From the IMG/VR virus record IMGVR_UViG_3300050821_003659, positions 11,962 through 75,961 of that record: a stretch of DNA of 64,000 bases; one strand, given 5' to 3'. Shown piece after piece: positions 9,955 to 18,375 of the stretch. How positions within the stretch are numbered: position 1 is the stretch's first letter; each line of letters opens with the position of its first letter. Source of the stretch: a virus. The notes under the pieces are model-generated. The model saw nothing but the letters and a program-made list of their open reading frames with translations. It was not told the origin of the DNA and ran no database searches. The position numbers were made by a program, and so were the translations under genes.

Positions 9955-12038
9955 GACGACTCTGGCTGGACTTCGAAACTCGTTCGATGCTGAACATCAA
10001 AAAGGTCGGTCTTGACCGCTACGGCAAGGACAAGACGACTCAGGTGCTCATGCTGGCGTGGGCTTTTGATTACGACAAACCCCGTCTGTGGCTCCCCTGT
10101 CTCGGGGAACCGATGCCCCCGGAACTCTACGCCGGATTGACAGACCCGACAGTTCTGAAGTGTGCGTGGAACTTTAACTTCGAAAAAGACATCCTGCACT
10201 TTCAACTCGGGATCGCGATTCCGCTGGTTGAGTGGTACGACCCCGCAACGCTTTGTGCTTACATGTCGCTGCCTATCGGCTTGCACCGAGCCAGCCAAGC
10301 ACTCGACATCGACACGAAGAAAGTTCACATCACGGGCGACGAGCGTCCTGTGAAGATGTTCTCGAATCCGTCGAAGCAGTTGAAACGCGTGCTGAAGAAA
10401 AATCCTGACGCACCTGCGTTTTACTTCAAGGATTGGAACTCGCATCCTGAGGACTGGGCGATCTTCTGCTCGTACTGTATTCAGGACGTGGAGGCGGAAC
10501 GCGGCGTGTGGGAGGCTGCGGTCGCATTCAACTCCCCGATGACGCACGGCGAGAAAGAGGCGTGGCTCCTCGACCAGAGGATGAACGACAACGGTGTCTG
10601 GATCGACATGCAGTACGTCCTGAACGCGATGAAGGTCGCACAGGGCGAGGCCGACCAGATCATCGCAGAGATGAAACTGGAAACGGGTCTGGAGAATCCG
10701 AACAGCCGCGACCAGATTCTCGAATGGTTGCAAGCACGCAATTATCCGTTCGAGAGCGTGGACGTTGAGCACATCGAGGAGGCACTGAAAGAACAGAAGC
10801 GTTACAAGATGCCGCCACTCGCGATCAAGATTCTGCTGCTGAAGCAGAAGCTGGGCGGCTCCGCGTACAAGAAGCTGCAAAGCATTCTCGACCGCGTCGG
10901 CCCTGATGGTCGCTTGCGAGATCAGTTCACTTATCACGGAGCACACACGGGTCGGTGGTCTGGACGCGGCGTGCAGTTGCAAAATCTGTACAAGCCTGAC
11001 CGTGAAGTCTCTCGTGCGTTGGAGCAGCTAGTCACCGCACTGCGAGACGGTACGCTCGACATTCCGAATGTCATCACCACGTTTGACGCGGAGATTGACA
11101 CATGGAACTCCGCAAATCCTGCGGAGAAACCAAAGAAGCACCTTGACCCGAAGCCCTTCACACCGATGGAGGTGGTCGCGTCAACGATCCGGGCCGCGTT
11201 CGCTGCGGCACCGGGGAACAAACTGGTTGTCGGTGACCTTGCACAGATCGAGTCACGCGTGCTGGCTGCAATCGCACAGTGTCCGACGATGCTCTCCGCG
11301 TACGCAGAGGGCCGCGATCTTTACAAGGAAGTGATGGCGGCACAACTCGGCATTCCGCTGAGCGAAGTCACCAAGGCACACCGCGACCGAGGCAAGGTCA
11401 TCATCCTCGGCTGCGGATACGGGATGGGCTGGGAAAAGTTCATCGACTACGCCCTCACGTACGGCATCGTGCTCACCGAGAAGGAAGCGAAGGATGCAGT
11501 CTGGGGATTCCGCGAGACGTACAGCGAGATCGTGGACTTCTGGGCAGAGATCAATCAGGCAGTCATCACGGCGTTCAAGGCGGGCATCTGCGTGTACGTA
11601 CGCGGGCTGGTCGTAGATGGGCGAGATGAGAAGTGCCTGAAGATCAAGCTGCCGAGCGGACGGTACATTCACTACCACAAGCCGACACTGCTGTTCGAGC
11701 CTCCACCGTGGGGCGGGCCACCTAAAGAGTCGATCAGCTTCATCATGTACGGCTCGAAGGGTGCGGAGAGCAAGCGGCTTTACGGCGGGCTGCTCACTGA
11801 GAACATCGTTCAAGCGGTCGCACGCGATCTGTTGTTGAACGGCATGCTTGAGGCCGAGAAGATGGGCTTCAAGATCATTATGACGATTCACGACGAGATA
11901 GCTGGTGAGGTGCCAATAGATTCTCCGCTGGGAGAGAAGGAACTTCTGGCGGCGATGTGCATCGTCCCCGAGTGGGGCGAGGGCATGGGGTTCGTACTCA
12001 AGGCAGAAGGGTACGAGAATCCGTACTACAAGAAATAG
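9951..12038 (+). CDS. Phage family A DNA polymerase with 3'-5' exonuclease
   Basis: LDFETRS ExoI, HTGRWSG..VQLQN, DLAQIESRVLA (motif A), RDRGKVIILGCGYG (motif B), TIHDEI (motif C). Confidence 0.95.
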   Translation: MRRLWLDFETRSMLNIKKVGLDRYGKDKTTQVLMLAWAFDYDKPRLWLPCLGEPMPPELYAGLTDPTVLKCAWNFNFEKDILHFQLGIAIPLVEWYDPATLCAYMSLPIGLHRASQALDIDTKKVHITGDERPVKMFSNPSKQLKRVLKKNPDAPAFYFKDWNSHPEDWAIFCSYCIQDVEAERGVWEAAVAFNSPMTHGEKEAWLLDQRMNDNGVWIDMQYVLNAMKVAQGEADQIIAEMKLETGLENPNSRDQILEWLQARNYPFESVDVEHIEEALKEQKRYKMPPLAIKILLLKQKLGGSAYKKLQSILDRVGPDGRLRDQFTYHGAHTGRWSGRGVQLQNLYKPDREVSRALEQLVTALRDGTLDIPNVITTFDAEIDTWNSANPAEKPKKHLDPKPFTPMEVVASTIRAAFAAAPGNKLVVGDLAQIESRVLAAIAQCPTMLSAYAEGRDLYKEVMAAQLGIPLSEVTKAHRDRGKVIILGCGYGMGWEKFIDYALTYGIVLTEKEAKDAVWGFRETYSEIVDFWAEINQAVITAFKAGICVYVRGLVVDGRDEKCLKIKLPSGRYIHYHKPTLLFEPPPWGGPPKESISFIMYGSKGAESKRLYGGLLTENIVQAVARDLLLNGMLEAEKMGFKIIMTIHDEIAGEVPIDSPLGEKELLAAMCIVPEWGEGMGFVLKAEGYENPYYKK

Positions 12039-12039
12039 C

Positions 12040-12068
12040 TTGACACGGGGCGTGGCGGCTGCTACGCT
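12040..12068 (+). promoter_or_regulatory. Sigma70-type promoter
   Basis: TTGACA-17-TACGCT with TG extension. Confidence 0.65.
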
Positions 12069-12074
12069 CCTGTC

Positions 12075-12236
12075 ATGACGAAACTGAAGTGCGGATGCAA
12101 ACCGACAGATGCCTGTCCACACGCTCTGGCTCACGTCTTCTTCATCACGAAGACTGTGTCGAAGCCAAAGACACACGAGTGTGTTGTGTGCCACGGGCCT
12201 TACCCAAACTGCCGATGTTTCGAGGAGGAAAAATGA
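12075..12236 (+). CDS. Small Cys-rich protein (probably leaderless)
   Basis: 53-aa ORF MTKLKCGCKP...CVVCHGPYPNCRC; stop overlaps the next ATG. Confidence 0.55.
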   Translation: MTKLKCGCKPTDACPHALAHVFFITKTVSKPKTHECVVCHGPYPNCRCFEEEK

Positions 12237-12433
12237 AAATCGAAGTGACGCCCATTCAGGGCACAGCAAATCAGTTCACCGTCACGCTGGCGGGAAATTA
12301 CCGTCTGGCGTTTGCGGGCACGCAGGACAACGCAGTTCAAGTCGCGGCTGACCTTCGCAAGTCGATCAACCGCAGCGGTCGCAAGACTTCAAAAAAGGTC
12401 TTGACAGCGACCCCCATCCTTGCTACTGTGTAA
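12233..12433 (+). CDS. Hypothetical protein
   Basis: GAGGAGG RBS; MKIEVTP. Confidence 0.65.
   Translation: MKIEVTPIQGTANQFTVTLAGNYRLAFAGTQDNAVQVAADLRKSINRSGRKTSKKVLTATPILATV
12401..12429 (+). promoter_or_regulatory. Sigma70-type promoter upstream of the ncRNA cluster
   Basis: TTGACA-17-TACTGT with TG extension. Confidence 0.7.
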
Positions 12434-12535
12434 GTAGAGGGGAGTGAGGTAAAGCGGCTCCCTACCAGCCCTTGACAGAACACCGCATCTGGGCGATCAT
12501 GCCGCTTGGGTCACTCCCAAATTTTAGGAGGAACG

Positions 12536-12778
12536 ATGACAGTTTTCGGAGCGATTGTAGCAGCAGTTTTGCGGAAGGCCGAGGCGTTCCTCGCGGAATG
12601 CAAGGCCCTCGTCGTGAAGGCCAAGGCGATTGAGAAGAATCTCGTCGCGACGGCTGAGCACGATGTGCACGAAGTGATCTTGAAGGCGAAGGAAGACGTG
12701 ATCGACATCGAGACGAAGGTCGAGAACGAAGTCAAGACTCTGAAGAACGAGTTGGTTGACAAAATCTCGAAGCTGTAA
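12536..12778 (+). CDS. Small helical protein
   Basis: AGGAGG RBS; amphipathic coiled-coil-like sequence. Confidence 0.7.
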   Translation: MTVFGAIVAAVLRKAEAFLAECKALVVKAKAIEKNLVATAEHDVHEVILKAKEDVIDIETKVENEVKTLKNELVDKISKL

Positions 12779-12783
12779 GTTAC

Positions 12784-12932
12784 GGGCACACGCGGTTACG
12801 GAACTGGGTGTTCAATCACTCAGATCGCAACCAACGGAGACTTTGTCAGAAAAGAACGCACGTGAAACGTCGCGACGAGTAGCGTGCAAGTAATCCGTTG
12901 GGAATGGTGGTTCGAGTCCACAGGTGCCCACC
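12784..12932 (+). ncRNA. tRNA-like RNA with a large internal domain
   Basis: GGGCAC/GTGCCC acceptor stem + ACC; T arm GTGG-TTCGAGT-CCAC; internal helices CTGGGTG/CACTCAG, CCAACGGA/TCCGTTGG and GCACG/CGTGC. Confidence 0.65.
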
Positions 12933-13149
12933 GACATTGAGGTTGCTGATGTGAGAAGGCTAAACTCTGACGTGTAAAATGCGACCGAGCCTTGGAAGTA
13001 GGTCGTGTTTCCAAAAAGTTTGACCCCCAATTGATAGGCAGATACTGTCAGCACGTGAAGTCGTGCGTCGAGCCGCCACGTAAGGGGCGGGGAGATATAG
13101 TCATAATGCTGCTGGGTCATTTTGGGCGAGGGGCTTCACTCGCCCACCG

Positions 13150-13500
13150 AATTACGCAAGTATGAAGGCGTTGTTTCCGTTTTCGGACGCGGGTTCGATT
13201 CCCGCCGCCTCCACCAAAGATGCTGAATCAGCGACACAGTGTGCACACGTCGTGTGATTGAGGTTCGTTTAACTCCTCACGATAGAACACGCTTGAGAGG
13301 TTCAGCACTTTTGATGGGGGCGTCAAGGCTTCGACGGAGGCGATGAGATGGCGTTGGACTTGCCGAGGTTGTATGGCTCCTCGTTAAACAGACATGCAAA
13401 AACCAAACGCAGAGACTAAACCCCTCGCGATGGCTGCTGCCGCTGGTCGGTAGAAGTCAGGAGGCTTTGCTCCCACCTTCTCAAATAACGGGAGCACTTT
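13150..13500 (+). ncRNA. ssrA: Circularly permuted (two-piece) tmRNA
   Basis: The acceptor piece ending GGGTTCGATTCCCGCCGCCTCCACCA (13216) precedes the coding piece starting GGGGGCG...TTCGAC (13316). G3-U70 pair, P2 pairing and pk1 (CGAGG/CCTCG, TTGTATG/CATGCAA) are present. Resume codon GCA at 13409; tag AETKPLAMAAAAGR-stop. Outer ends are approximate. Confidence 0.92.
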
Positions 13501-13633
13501 CATAGTCGCTCGTGATAGCATGAGGGCGACTGTTCAACCAGTTCGAACAAACGCACGGCACCTTGAGTACCCGTGCGACCCGTTGTCCCCATCGGATTGT
13601 GGCGGGACGTGAATCGTTGAACGAGCGACTATG
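13501..13633 (+). ncRNA. Structured RNA closed by a 13-bp perfect stem
   Basis: CATAGTCGCTCGT/ACGAGCGACTATG plus internal GTTCAAC/GTTGAAC and CGCACGG/CCGTGCG. Confidence 0.55.
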
Positions 13634-13638
13634 AACTT

Positions 13639-13791
13639 ATGAACACACTGAAACTAGCACACGCGGTCATCGTAGCAATGTCAGTCGAGAGCCTCGTGGC
13701 ATCGGCTGCATTCGCGTACGAACACAACTGGAAACTCGCACTGTACTGGTTTCTCGTCTCTGCGATCAATGCGGTCGCATCGACGTTTTGA
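13639..13791 (+). CDS. Small two-helix membrane protein
   Basis: 50-aa hydrophobic ORF MNTLKLAHAVIV...WKLALYWFLVSAINAVASTF; weak RBS. Confidence 0.5.
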   Translation: MNTLKLAHAVIVAMSVESLVASAAFAYEHNWKLALYWFLVSAINAVASTF

Positions 13792-13907
13792 CATCCGCAC
13801 CCACCTACACCCATGCACCGCGTTCATGACGGTGGTGTAAGCATGGTGATATGGATCGAGCCGTGGTGGGCGGGGGAGCTAGTCTCCCCCCGACATTAGG
13901 AGGAGCA

Positions 13908-14288
13908 ATGGCTGTGAAGAAAAAGCCGAGCAAACGCGTCACGATGAGAAAACCGAGACAAAATAAGCTGGCACAGGTCGCCGCCGAACTCGCACGCACG
14001 AAGATCGAGATCGCGAAGAAGTCAGTTGCGGGGACTGCTTGGAAGGCACCCGCGATCAACGTCCGTCCTATCGCGGAGCCTCAGGCATTCTGGGTTCGGG
14101 CACGCATGATCGAGACGCCGGAAATTGGCTACGGGCCGAAGACGTTCCTCGCCCGCATACCAGTTACACTCACGACGATCCCTGAACTGCCCGAGGTGGT
14201 TCGGATCGCGAATCAGTTTTTTGTGTTGACGACCACGCTGCCTGTCACGTACAGTCAGAAGCAGTACGCAGAGGCCACAAGACTATGA
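13908..14288 (+). CDS. Hypothetical basic protein
   Basis: AGGAGG RBS. Confidence 0.7.
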   Translation: MAVKKKPSKRVTMRKPRQNKLAQVAAELARTKIEIAKKSVAGTAWKAPAINVRPIAEPQAFWVRARMIETPEIGYGPKTFLARIPVTLTTIPELPEVVRIANQFFVLTTTLPVTYSQKQYAEATRL

Positions 14289-15211
14289 GCGAAATCTTCA
14301 TCACTTCCGACGAGCACTATGGGCACGCGAACATCATCCAGTTCTGCGACCGTCCCTTCGTCTCGACGGAGCAGATGCAGGAGACGATCATCGAGCGGCA
14401 CAACAAGAAAGTTCCGAACAACAAGCACCACCTCACTATCCACGCAGGTGACATGTTCTGGCAGACGATGACTGAGGGAGAAGCCCTCGCCATCCTCACG
14501 CGGCTGAACGGTCGGCACGCGTTTCTCTACGGTAATCACGACGAGTTGATGGAGCGGTCGCGGCTGCTGCCTGATGCGTTCGAGTGGGTTCGCGGTCGCA
14601 ACAAAGAGAACACGAGCCACAGCGTTCAGTTCAACAAGCATCGCATCGTCATCAGTCACTTCGCTCAGCGAGTCTGGCAGAACAGTCACAAAGGTTCGTG
14701 GCACGTGTACGGGCACTCGCACGGTGAGATCGCTGAGTTGGGCAAGTCGTTCGACATCGGCGTTGACTGTCACAACTTCGAACCGTGGTCGCTTGAAGAG
14801 ATCGAAGCGAAGATGAGCAAGCTGTCCTCGCATCACGTGATCCCTGCGGCGAAGCGGTGGCACCCTTGCAATCCGGCAGAGTCGCAATACTGCGGCGTCT
14901 GTCCTGACTGCCTTGCTCACCTCCGCGAGACGGGCACCTCCCTGATGCCTCGACGCGGCGACGGTGATCCCCTCCCCCTCGGCTCTTTGTACGAGAAGCC
15001 GATCATGGGGCACGACGGAAAGACCGCGATAGGCACCATCGTCGCGTACGATCCGAGCATCAAGAACGCCAGTGTAGCTCAGACGGTAGAGCAGGGCACC
15101 TGTAATGCCAAGGTCGGGGGTTCAAATCCCTCCGCTGGCTCCACTGTTCACTTCCATCCCGTGGGCGAGACTTGCGGGTTCTGTGCAATGCAGGGAAGGA
15201 TGGATATATGA
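14285..15211 (+). CDS. Calcineurin-like metallophosphoesterase with C-terminal extension
   Basis: SDEHYGH, HAGD, GNHD and GHSH motifs. Confidence 0.9.
   Translation: MSEIFITSDEHYGHANIIQFCDRPFVSTEQMQETIIERHNKKVPNNKHHLTIHAGDMFWQTMTEGEALAILTRLNGRHAFLYGNHDELMERSRLLPDAFEWVRGRNKENTSHSVQFNKHRIVISHFAQRVWQNSHKGSWHVYGHSHGEIAELGKSFDIGVDCHNFEPWSLEEIEAKMSKLSSHHVIPAAKRWHPCNPAESQYCGVCPDCLAHLRETGTSLMPRRGDGDPLPLGSLYEKPIMGHDGKTAIGTIVAYDPSIKNASVAQTVEQGTCNAKVGGSNPSAGSTVHFHPVGETCGFCAMQGRMDI
15068..15143 (+). tRNA. tRNA-Thr(UGU), nested in a CDS
   Basis: GCCAGTG/CGCTGGC acceptor, canonical D and T arms, loop CCTGTAA, TCCA end. Confidence 0.8.
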
Positions 15212-15393
15212 ACAAAGACAAGCGGGACTGGCTTTTCATGGCAGGAGTCGCGGCTGTGATCTGGCTCTGGGCGAGTGCGTTCTGTCTTACGATGGCAGTG
15301 CTCGGTCAGTGTCTTCCGAAAGACTTGTTCTGGTACGGACTCAGCACACTTGCAAGCGGGGTGACTTTCAAAACAATCTTTGACCAATTCTAG
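15208..15393 (+). CDS. Small membrane protein
   Basis: Hydrophobic ORF with ATGA overlap. Confidence 0.55.
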   Translation: MNKDKRDWLFMAGVAAVIWLWASAFCLTMAVLGQCLPKDLFWYGLSTLASGVTFKTIFDQF

Positions 15394-15401
15394 GAGACAG
15401 C

Positions 15402-16067
15402 ATGGCGATGACAGGCGACATCAAATCGTACATGCAGCAGTGGCTCCAAACGGCAACGAAGGGCGATGTCGTCGTAGACTACGCGTGGTTTCAAGACCGC
15501 ATGGAGTTGCGGTGCAAGAAGTGCCACGCGGTGTTCCGCTGCACGCTGCCTGAGAGTCCGACTGAGATTGACTGGTCAATCCAGAAGTGGGTAAAGCAGC
15601 ACGCACCCGGAGGAGAGCACGACACAAAAGAGTTGCACTGTCCTGTCGATCCGATTCCGCTCACTGCGGACTTTCACAAGCTGCCGAGTTTCAATCCGAT
15701 TCCGTTACAGACGGGCGGGCAAACAGGGATCATCGACGCCAGCGAAGCGAAGGCCGCGATCCTGAAAGCCCAGATGGAGACGTACAAAGCTGAGCAGGAA
15801 AAGAAAGACATCGACGGCAAGGTTGAGTGGTTGAAGAAGACGGCGGCACAGAAGGCTGAGGTTGCTGCGGCACAGACTGAGAAGGCGAAGGAACAAGCTC
15901 TTGCGAATCTGCTTCTGATGATGACACAGATGACGCAGAACCCCCAGATCGTCAAGGCGATGAAGCCGCCAGAGGCCGTCCTTCCGAAAGAATGGGAGAC
16001 AACAGTCACGCCGCAACCGAGAATACCGAAGGCCGCGAAGATCGTCACAGGACGGAGGTTCCGATGA
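15402..16067 (+). CDS. Hypothetical protein with CxxC and a GRRFR C-terminus
   Basis: AGGAG RBS; 221 aa. Confidence 0.75.
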   Translation: MAMTGDIKSYMQQWLQTATKGDVVVDYAWFQDRMELRCKKCHAVFRCTLPESPTEIDWSIQKWVKQHAPGGEHDTKELHCPVDPIPLTADFHKLPSFNPIPLQTGGQTGIIDASEAKAAILKAQMETYKAEQEKKDIDGKVEWLKKTAAQKAEVAAAQTEKAKEQALANLLLMMTQMTQNPQIVKAMKPPEAVLPKEWETTVTPQPRIPKAAKIVTGRRFR

Positions 16068-16492
16068 GACTGACCGCACGTGAAAAAGATTCTGACATGT
16101 TCGAGCGGCTGCTGAGAATCAACGACGAGAGTTTCAATCTTGATGAGCGGGCGTCCCGCGAGAAGTTCAAGGCCCTGTTCGATGCGAACGCGGTGTACGT
16201 TGACAGTGCACTGACACCAGCCGCCTTCGCGATAGTCACTGATCGCGGCGGGCCTTATGTCATCGTGATCGCGGTGACGAGCAGTCTGCGGGGTCAGGGC
16301 GTCGGCTCTGCTCTCCTGCGGGAGATCGCAGAGTACAGCCGAGCATGTGGTGAGTACGGCGTGGCTCTGATGTGCAAGATTGACAACTGGCAAGCCCAGA
16401 GACTATACTTGAAAAATGAGTACCGAGTGGTTCGCGTCGTGCCGGGATATTACGGAGCGACAGACGGGCTTCTCATGAGGAGAAAAATATGA
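16064..16492 (+). CDS. GNAT acetyltransferase (RimI-like)
   Basis: IAVTSSLRGQGVGSALL acetyl-CoA motif; NWQAQRLY; GYYG..DGLLM. Confidence 0.9.
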   Translation: MRLTAREKDSDMFERLLRINDESFNLDERASREKFKALFDANAVYVDSALTPAAFAIVTDRGGPYVIVIAVTSSLRGQGVGSALLREIAEYSRACGEYGVALMCKIDNWQAQRLYLKNEYRVVRVVPGYYGATDGLLMRRKI

Positions 16493-17325
16493 CCAACATC
16501 GAATGCACCAAGTGCGGAGACGTAGTCGAAGTCACGGCGGACACCGTCGTGCTGCCTTTCGTTTGCATGTCCTGCGAAGACGCCATCGCGAAGTTCACGC
16601 AGGAGTTCGTTCCGCCCGCCCCCGTCACCGACGAACAGGCCGAGGTTGCCGCGTTCTACGAGAAGATGGCTCCCGAGTCTGAGACGACCGAGCCTGAGGA
16701 AGAGTTCGCGACCGTCGAGAACACGACGCTTCTCATCGCTGACCTTGAGGAGCAGTTGCGTCAGGAGAGAATCCTGTCAGACTCGCTGAAACTCCGCATC
16801 GAAAACGGAGAGGAAAAGAACACTCAACTGCTGATCGAGAAGAATCGTCAGGCTGACACGATCCGTACGCGTGGAGTACAGATCGAGAATCAGGCGAAGA
16901 CCATCGCGTCGTATGAGAACGACATCGACGGGCTGCTCGATAAGCAGGTACGCTCGAACGTCGCCCTCCAGTTCCTGAAGGCCGTTATCTACCAACTCGG
17001 CAAGGCCGGGATGGAACTTCGCAAGGAAGTTGATACGCTGAAGACCAAGGTCGTGAGTGAGCAGCGACGTACGGAGATCGAGAAGATGATCTCGCAGATG
17101 AATGCGTCCTCCGCAAATGGATACGCTTCTCAGGCTGCTGACCTGCGATACGAGATCGACCAGTTGAACGCCGAGATCGATACTCTGAAGCTGAACCTGA
17201 AGTGCACGAAAGAAGAACTAGCGACCGAACGTCGTAAGTCTCTTTGGACGCGGTTCGTAGAGCAGTGGCGTGCAGAGGCGAAGCGTGCTGCTGAAGAGAA
17301 CAAGGACTACTACGGCGAGATATAA
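16489..17325 (+). CDS. Coiled-coil protein with N-terminal Zn ribbon
   Basis: CTKC...CMSC followed by a long heptad region. Confidence 0.75.
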   Translation: MTNIECTKCGDVVEVTADTVVLPFVCMSCEDAIAKFTQEFVPPAPVTDEQAEVAAFYEKMAPESETTEPEEEFATVENTTLLIADLEEQLRQERILSDSLKLRIENGEEKNTQLLIEKNRQADTIRTRGVQIENQAKTIASYENDIDGLLDKQVRSNVALQFLKAVIYQLGKAGMELRKEVDTLKTKVVSEQRRTEIEKMISQMNASSANGYASQAADLRYEIDQLNAEIDTLKLNLKCTKEELATERRKSLWTRFVEQWRAEAKRAAEENKDYYGEI

Positions 17326-17556
17326 ATGACCGACCCCTTCAAGTTTCAACGTGCGTTGTTTCCCGAGATGGAGCCTCGCACGATTGTTGTCTCGAAGGGC
17401 GGCACGCCGCACAGGTGTTACGTCGTCTGGTGCGACAAGATCACAGACGAGATCAGAAAGAGGGTTCGGGGCAAGAACAGTAAGCTGTTCGTCTCGATGC
17501 ACACAAGTCATAGTGAACCAAACGACGAGGAGGTAGCATGGGAATTAAAAATCTAA
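17326..17556 (+). CDS. Hypothetical protein
   Basis: ORF abutting the upstream stop. Confidence 0.55.
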   Translation: MTDPFKFQRALFPEMEPRTIVVSKGGTPHRCYVVWCDKITDEIRKRVRGKNSKLFVSMHTSHSEPNDEEVAWELKI

Positions 17557-18224
17557 TGCTCGTTCTTCTCCTCGTCGCCTCCTCTTTCGCACGCACCAAA
17601 ATGTTTCCTGCAACACATGACTCTGTCCCTGCTGAGAACAGGAGAGCCGAGATGCTGGGTCTGAAGAGGTACGAGACATTGGAGCAAGTCCAACAGGACG
17701 TAGCTTCTCTCAAACTCGTACCTCTCACAGTTCCGACATCGAACAAGTTGCCGTTGAACCGGAGATACGCTCTGCCAGAGACGGTTGCCTTCGTGGAGAA
17801 GTTGGATCATGACTTCTATGAGATGACTGAGCATCGTCTGGTGGTTGACTCCGCAGTTCGTCCGCGTGACGTGCAGAAACGTCTGACACGCCGCAACCGG
17901 AACGCCGCCCCAGCGGATGGGGCAAGAGCATCAAGTCATGAACGTGGCACGACAGTTGATCTCGCCCGCCCCCGTAAAAAGGGCGACCTGCGATGGCTTC
18001 TGCTGCGGCTGGCCTATTACAAGGCACGCGGCGATATTCTGGTCATCGAGGAGCGGGCCTGTATCCACGTCTTTGTCGGAGGGTCGCATGAGTTGCGTCT
18101 ACAAGATTCGCAGGAAGTCGGATGGTCTGTACTCGAAGGGCAAGACCAGCCCCAGTTTCAACAAGGTGGGCAAGACGTGGAGTTCGTGGAGGAATCTCGT
18201 CCTGCACCTCTCCCTTGTCCGTGA
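17538..18224 (+). CDS. Secreted M15-like peptidase (DUF5715-like)
   Basis: Signal peptide; DSAVRP..VQKRL...NRNAA...SSHERGTTVD...CIHV motif. Confidence 0.7.
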   Translation: MGIKNLMLVLLLVASSFARTKMFPATHDSVPAENRRAEMLGLKRYETLEQVQQDVASLKLVPLTVPTSNKLPLNRRYALPETVAFVEKLDHDFYEMTEHRLVVDSAVRPRDVQKRLTRRNRNAAPADGARASSHERGTTVDLARPRKKGDLRWLLLRLAYYKARGDILVIEERACIHVFVGGSHELRLQDSQEVGWSVLEGQDQPQFQQGGQDVEFVEESRPAPLPCP

Positions 18225-18375
18225 CGGTCTGACTCACGTGAAGCCACAGGACAGGCTCCGTGAGGTGTACAACGGCTGCGAGATCGTGGAGTTCAAGGAA
18301 ACGAGCAGCGTGCGGATCGACAGCTTCTTCGCAACATTTTTTGAAGAGAAGAAATCTCGCTTCGAGGGGGACTGA
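18088..18375 (+). CDS. Hypothetical protein
   Basis: GGAGG RBS; MSCVYKIRRKSDGLYSKG. Confidence 0.65.
   Translation: MSCVYKIRRKSDGLYSKGKTSPSFNKVGKTWSSWRNLVLHLSLVRDGLTHVKPQDRLREVYNGCEIVEFKETSSVRIDSFFATFFEEKKSRFEGD

Noticed and set aside
9849-12269. Long antisense ORFs (377 and 338 aa) opposite the polymerase; similar ones at 34707-35768, 37445-38494 and 54130-55404
   Set aside because: Shadow frames expected from GC-rich codon bias; no RBS or recognisable motifs.
12804-12823. TTCAA loop suggesting a selenocysteine/opal tRNA
   Set aside because: The loop is 6 nt on a 7-bp stem, and the acceptor and T geometry does not match tRNA-Sec.
13090-13103. GAGATATAGTC resembles the group I intron S (J8/7-P7) element
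   Set aside because: No matching upstream GACTA P7 strand or recognisable P3-P6 core, and no interrupted gene.
15096-15110. Reading the nested tRNA as Tyr(GUA)
   Set aside because: The stem register only pairs with loop CCTGTAA (UGU). The short variable loop and GCC acceptor fit Thr.
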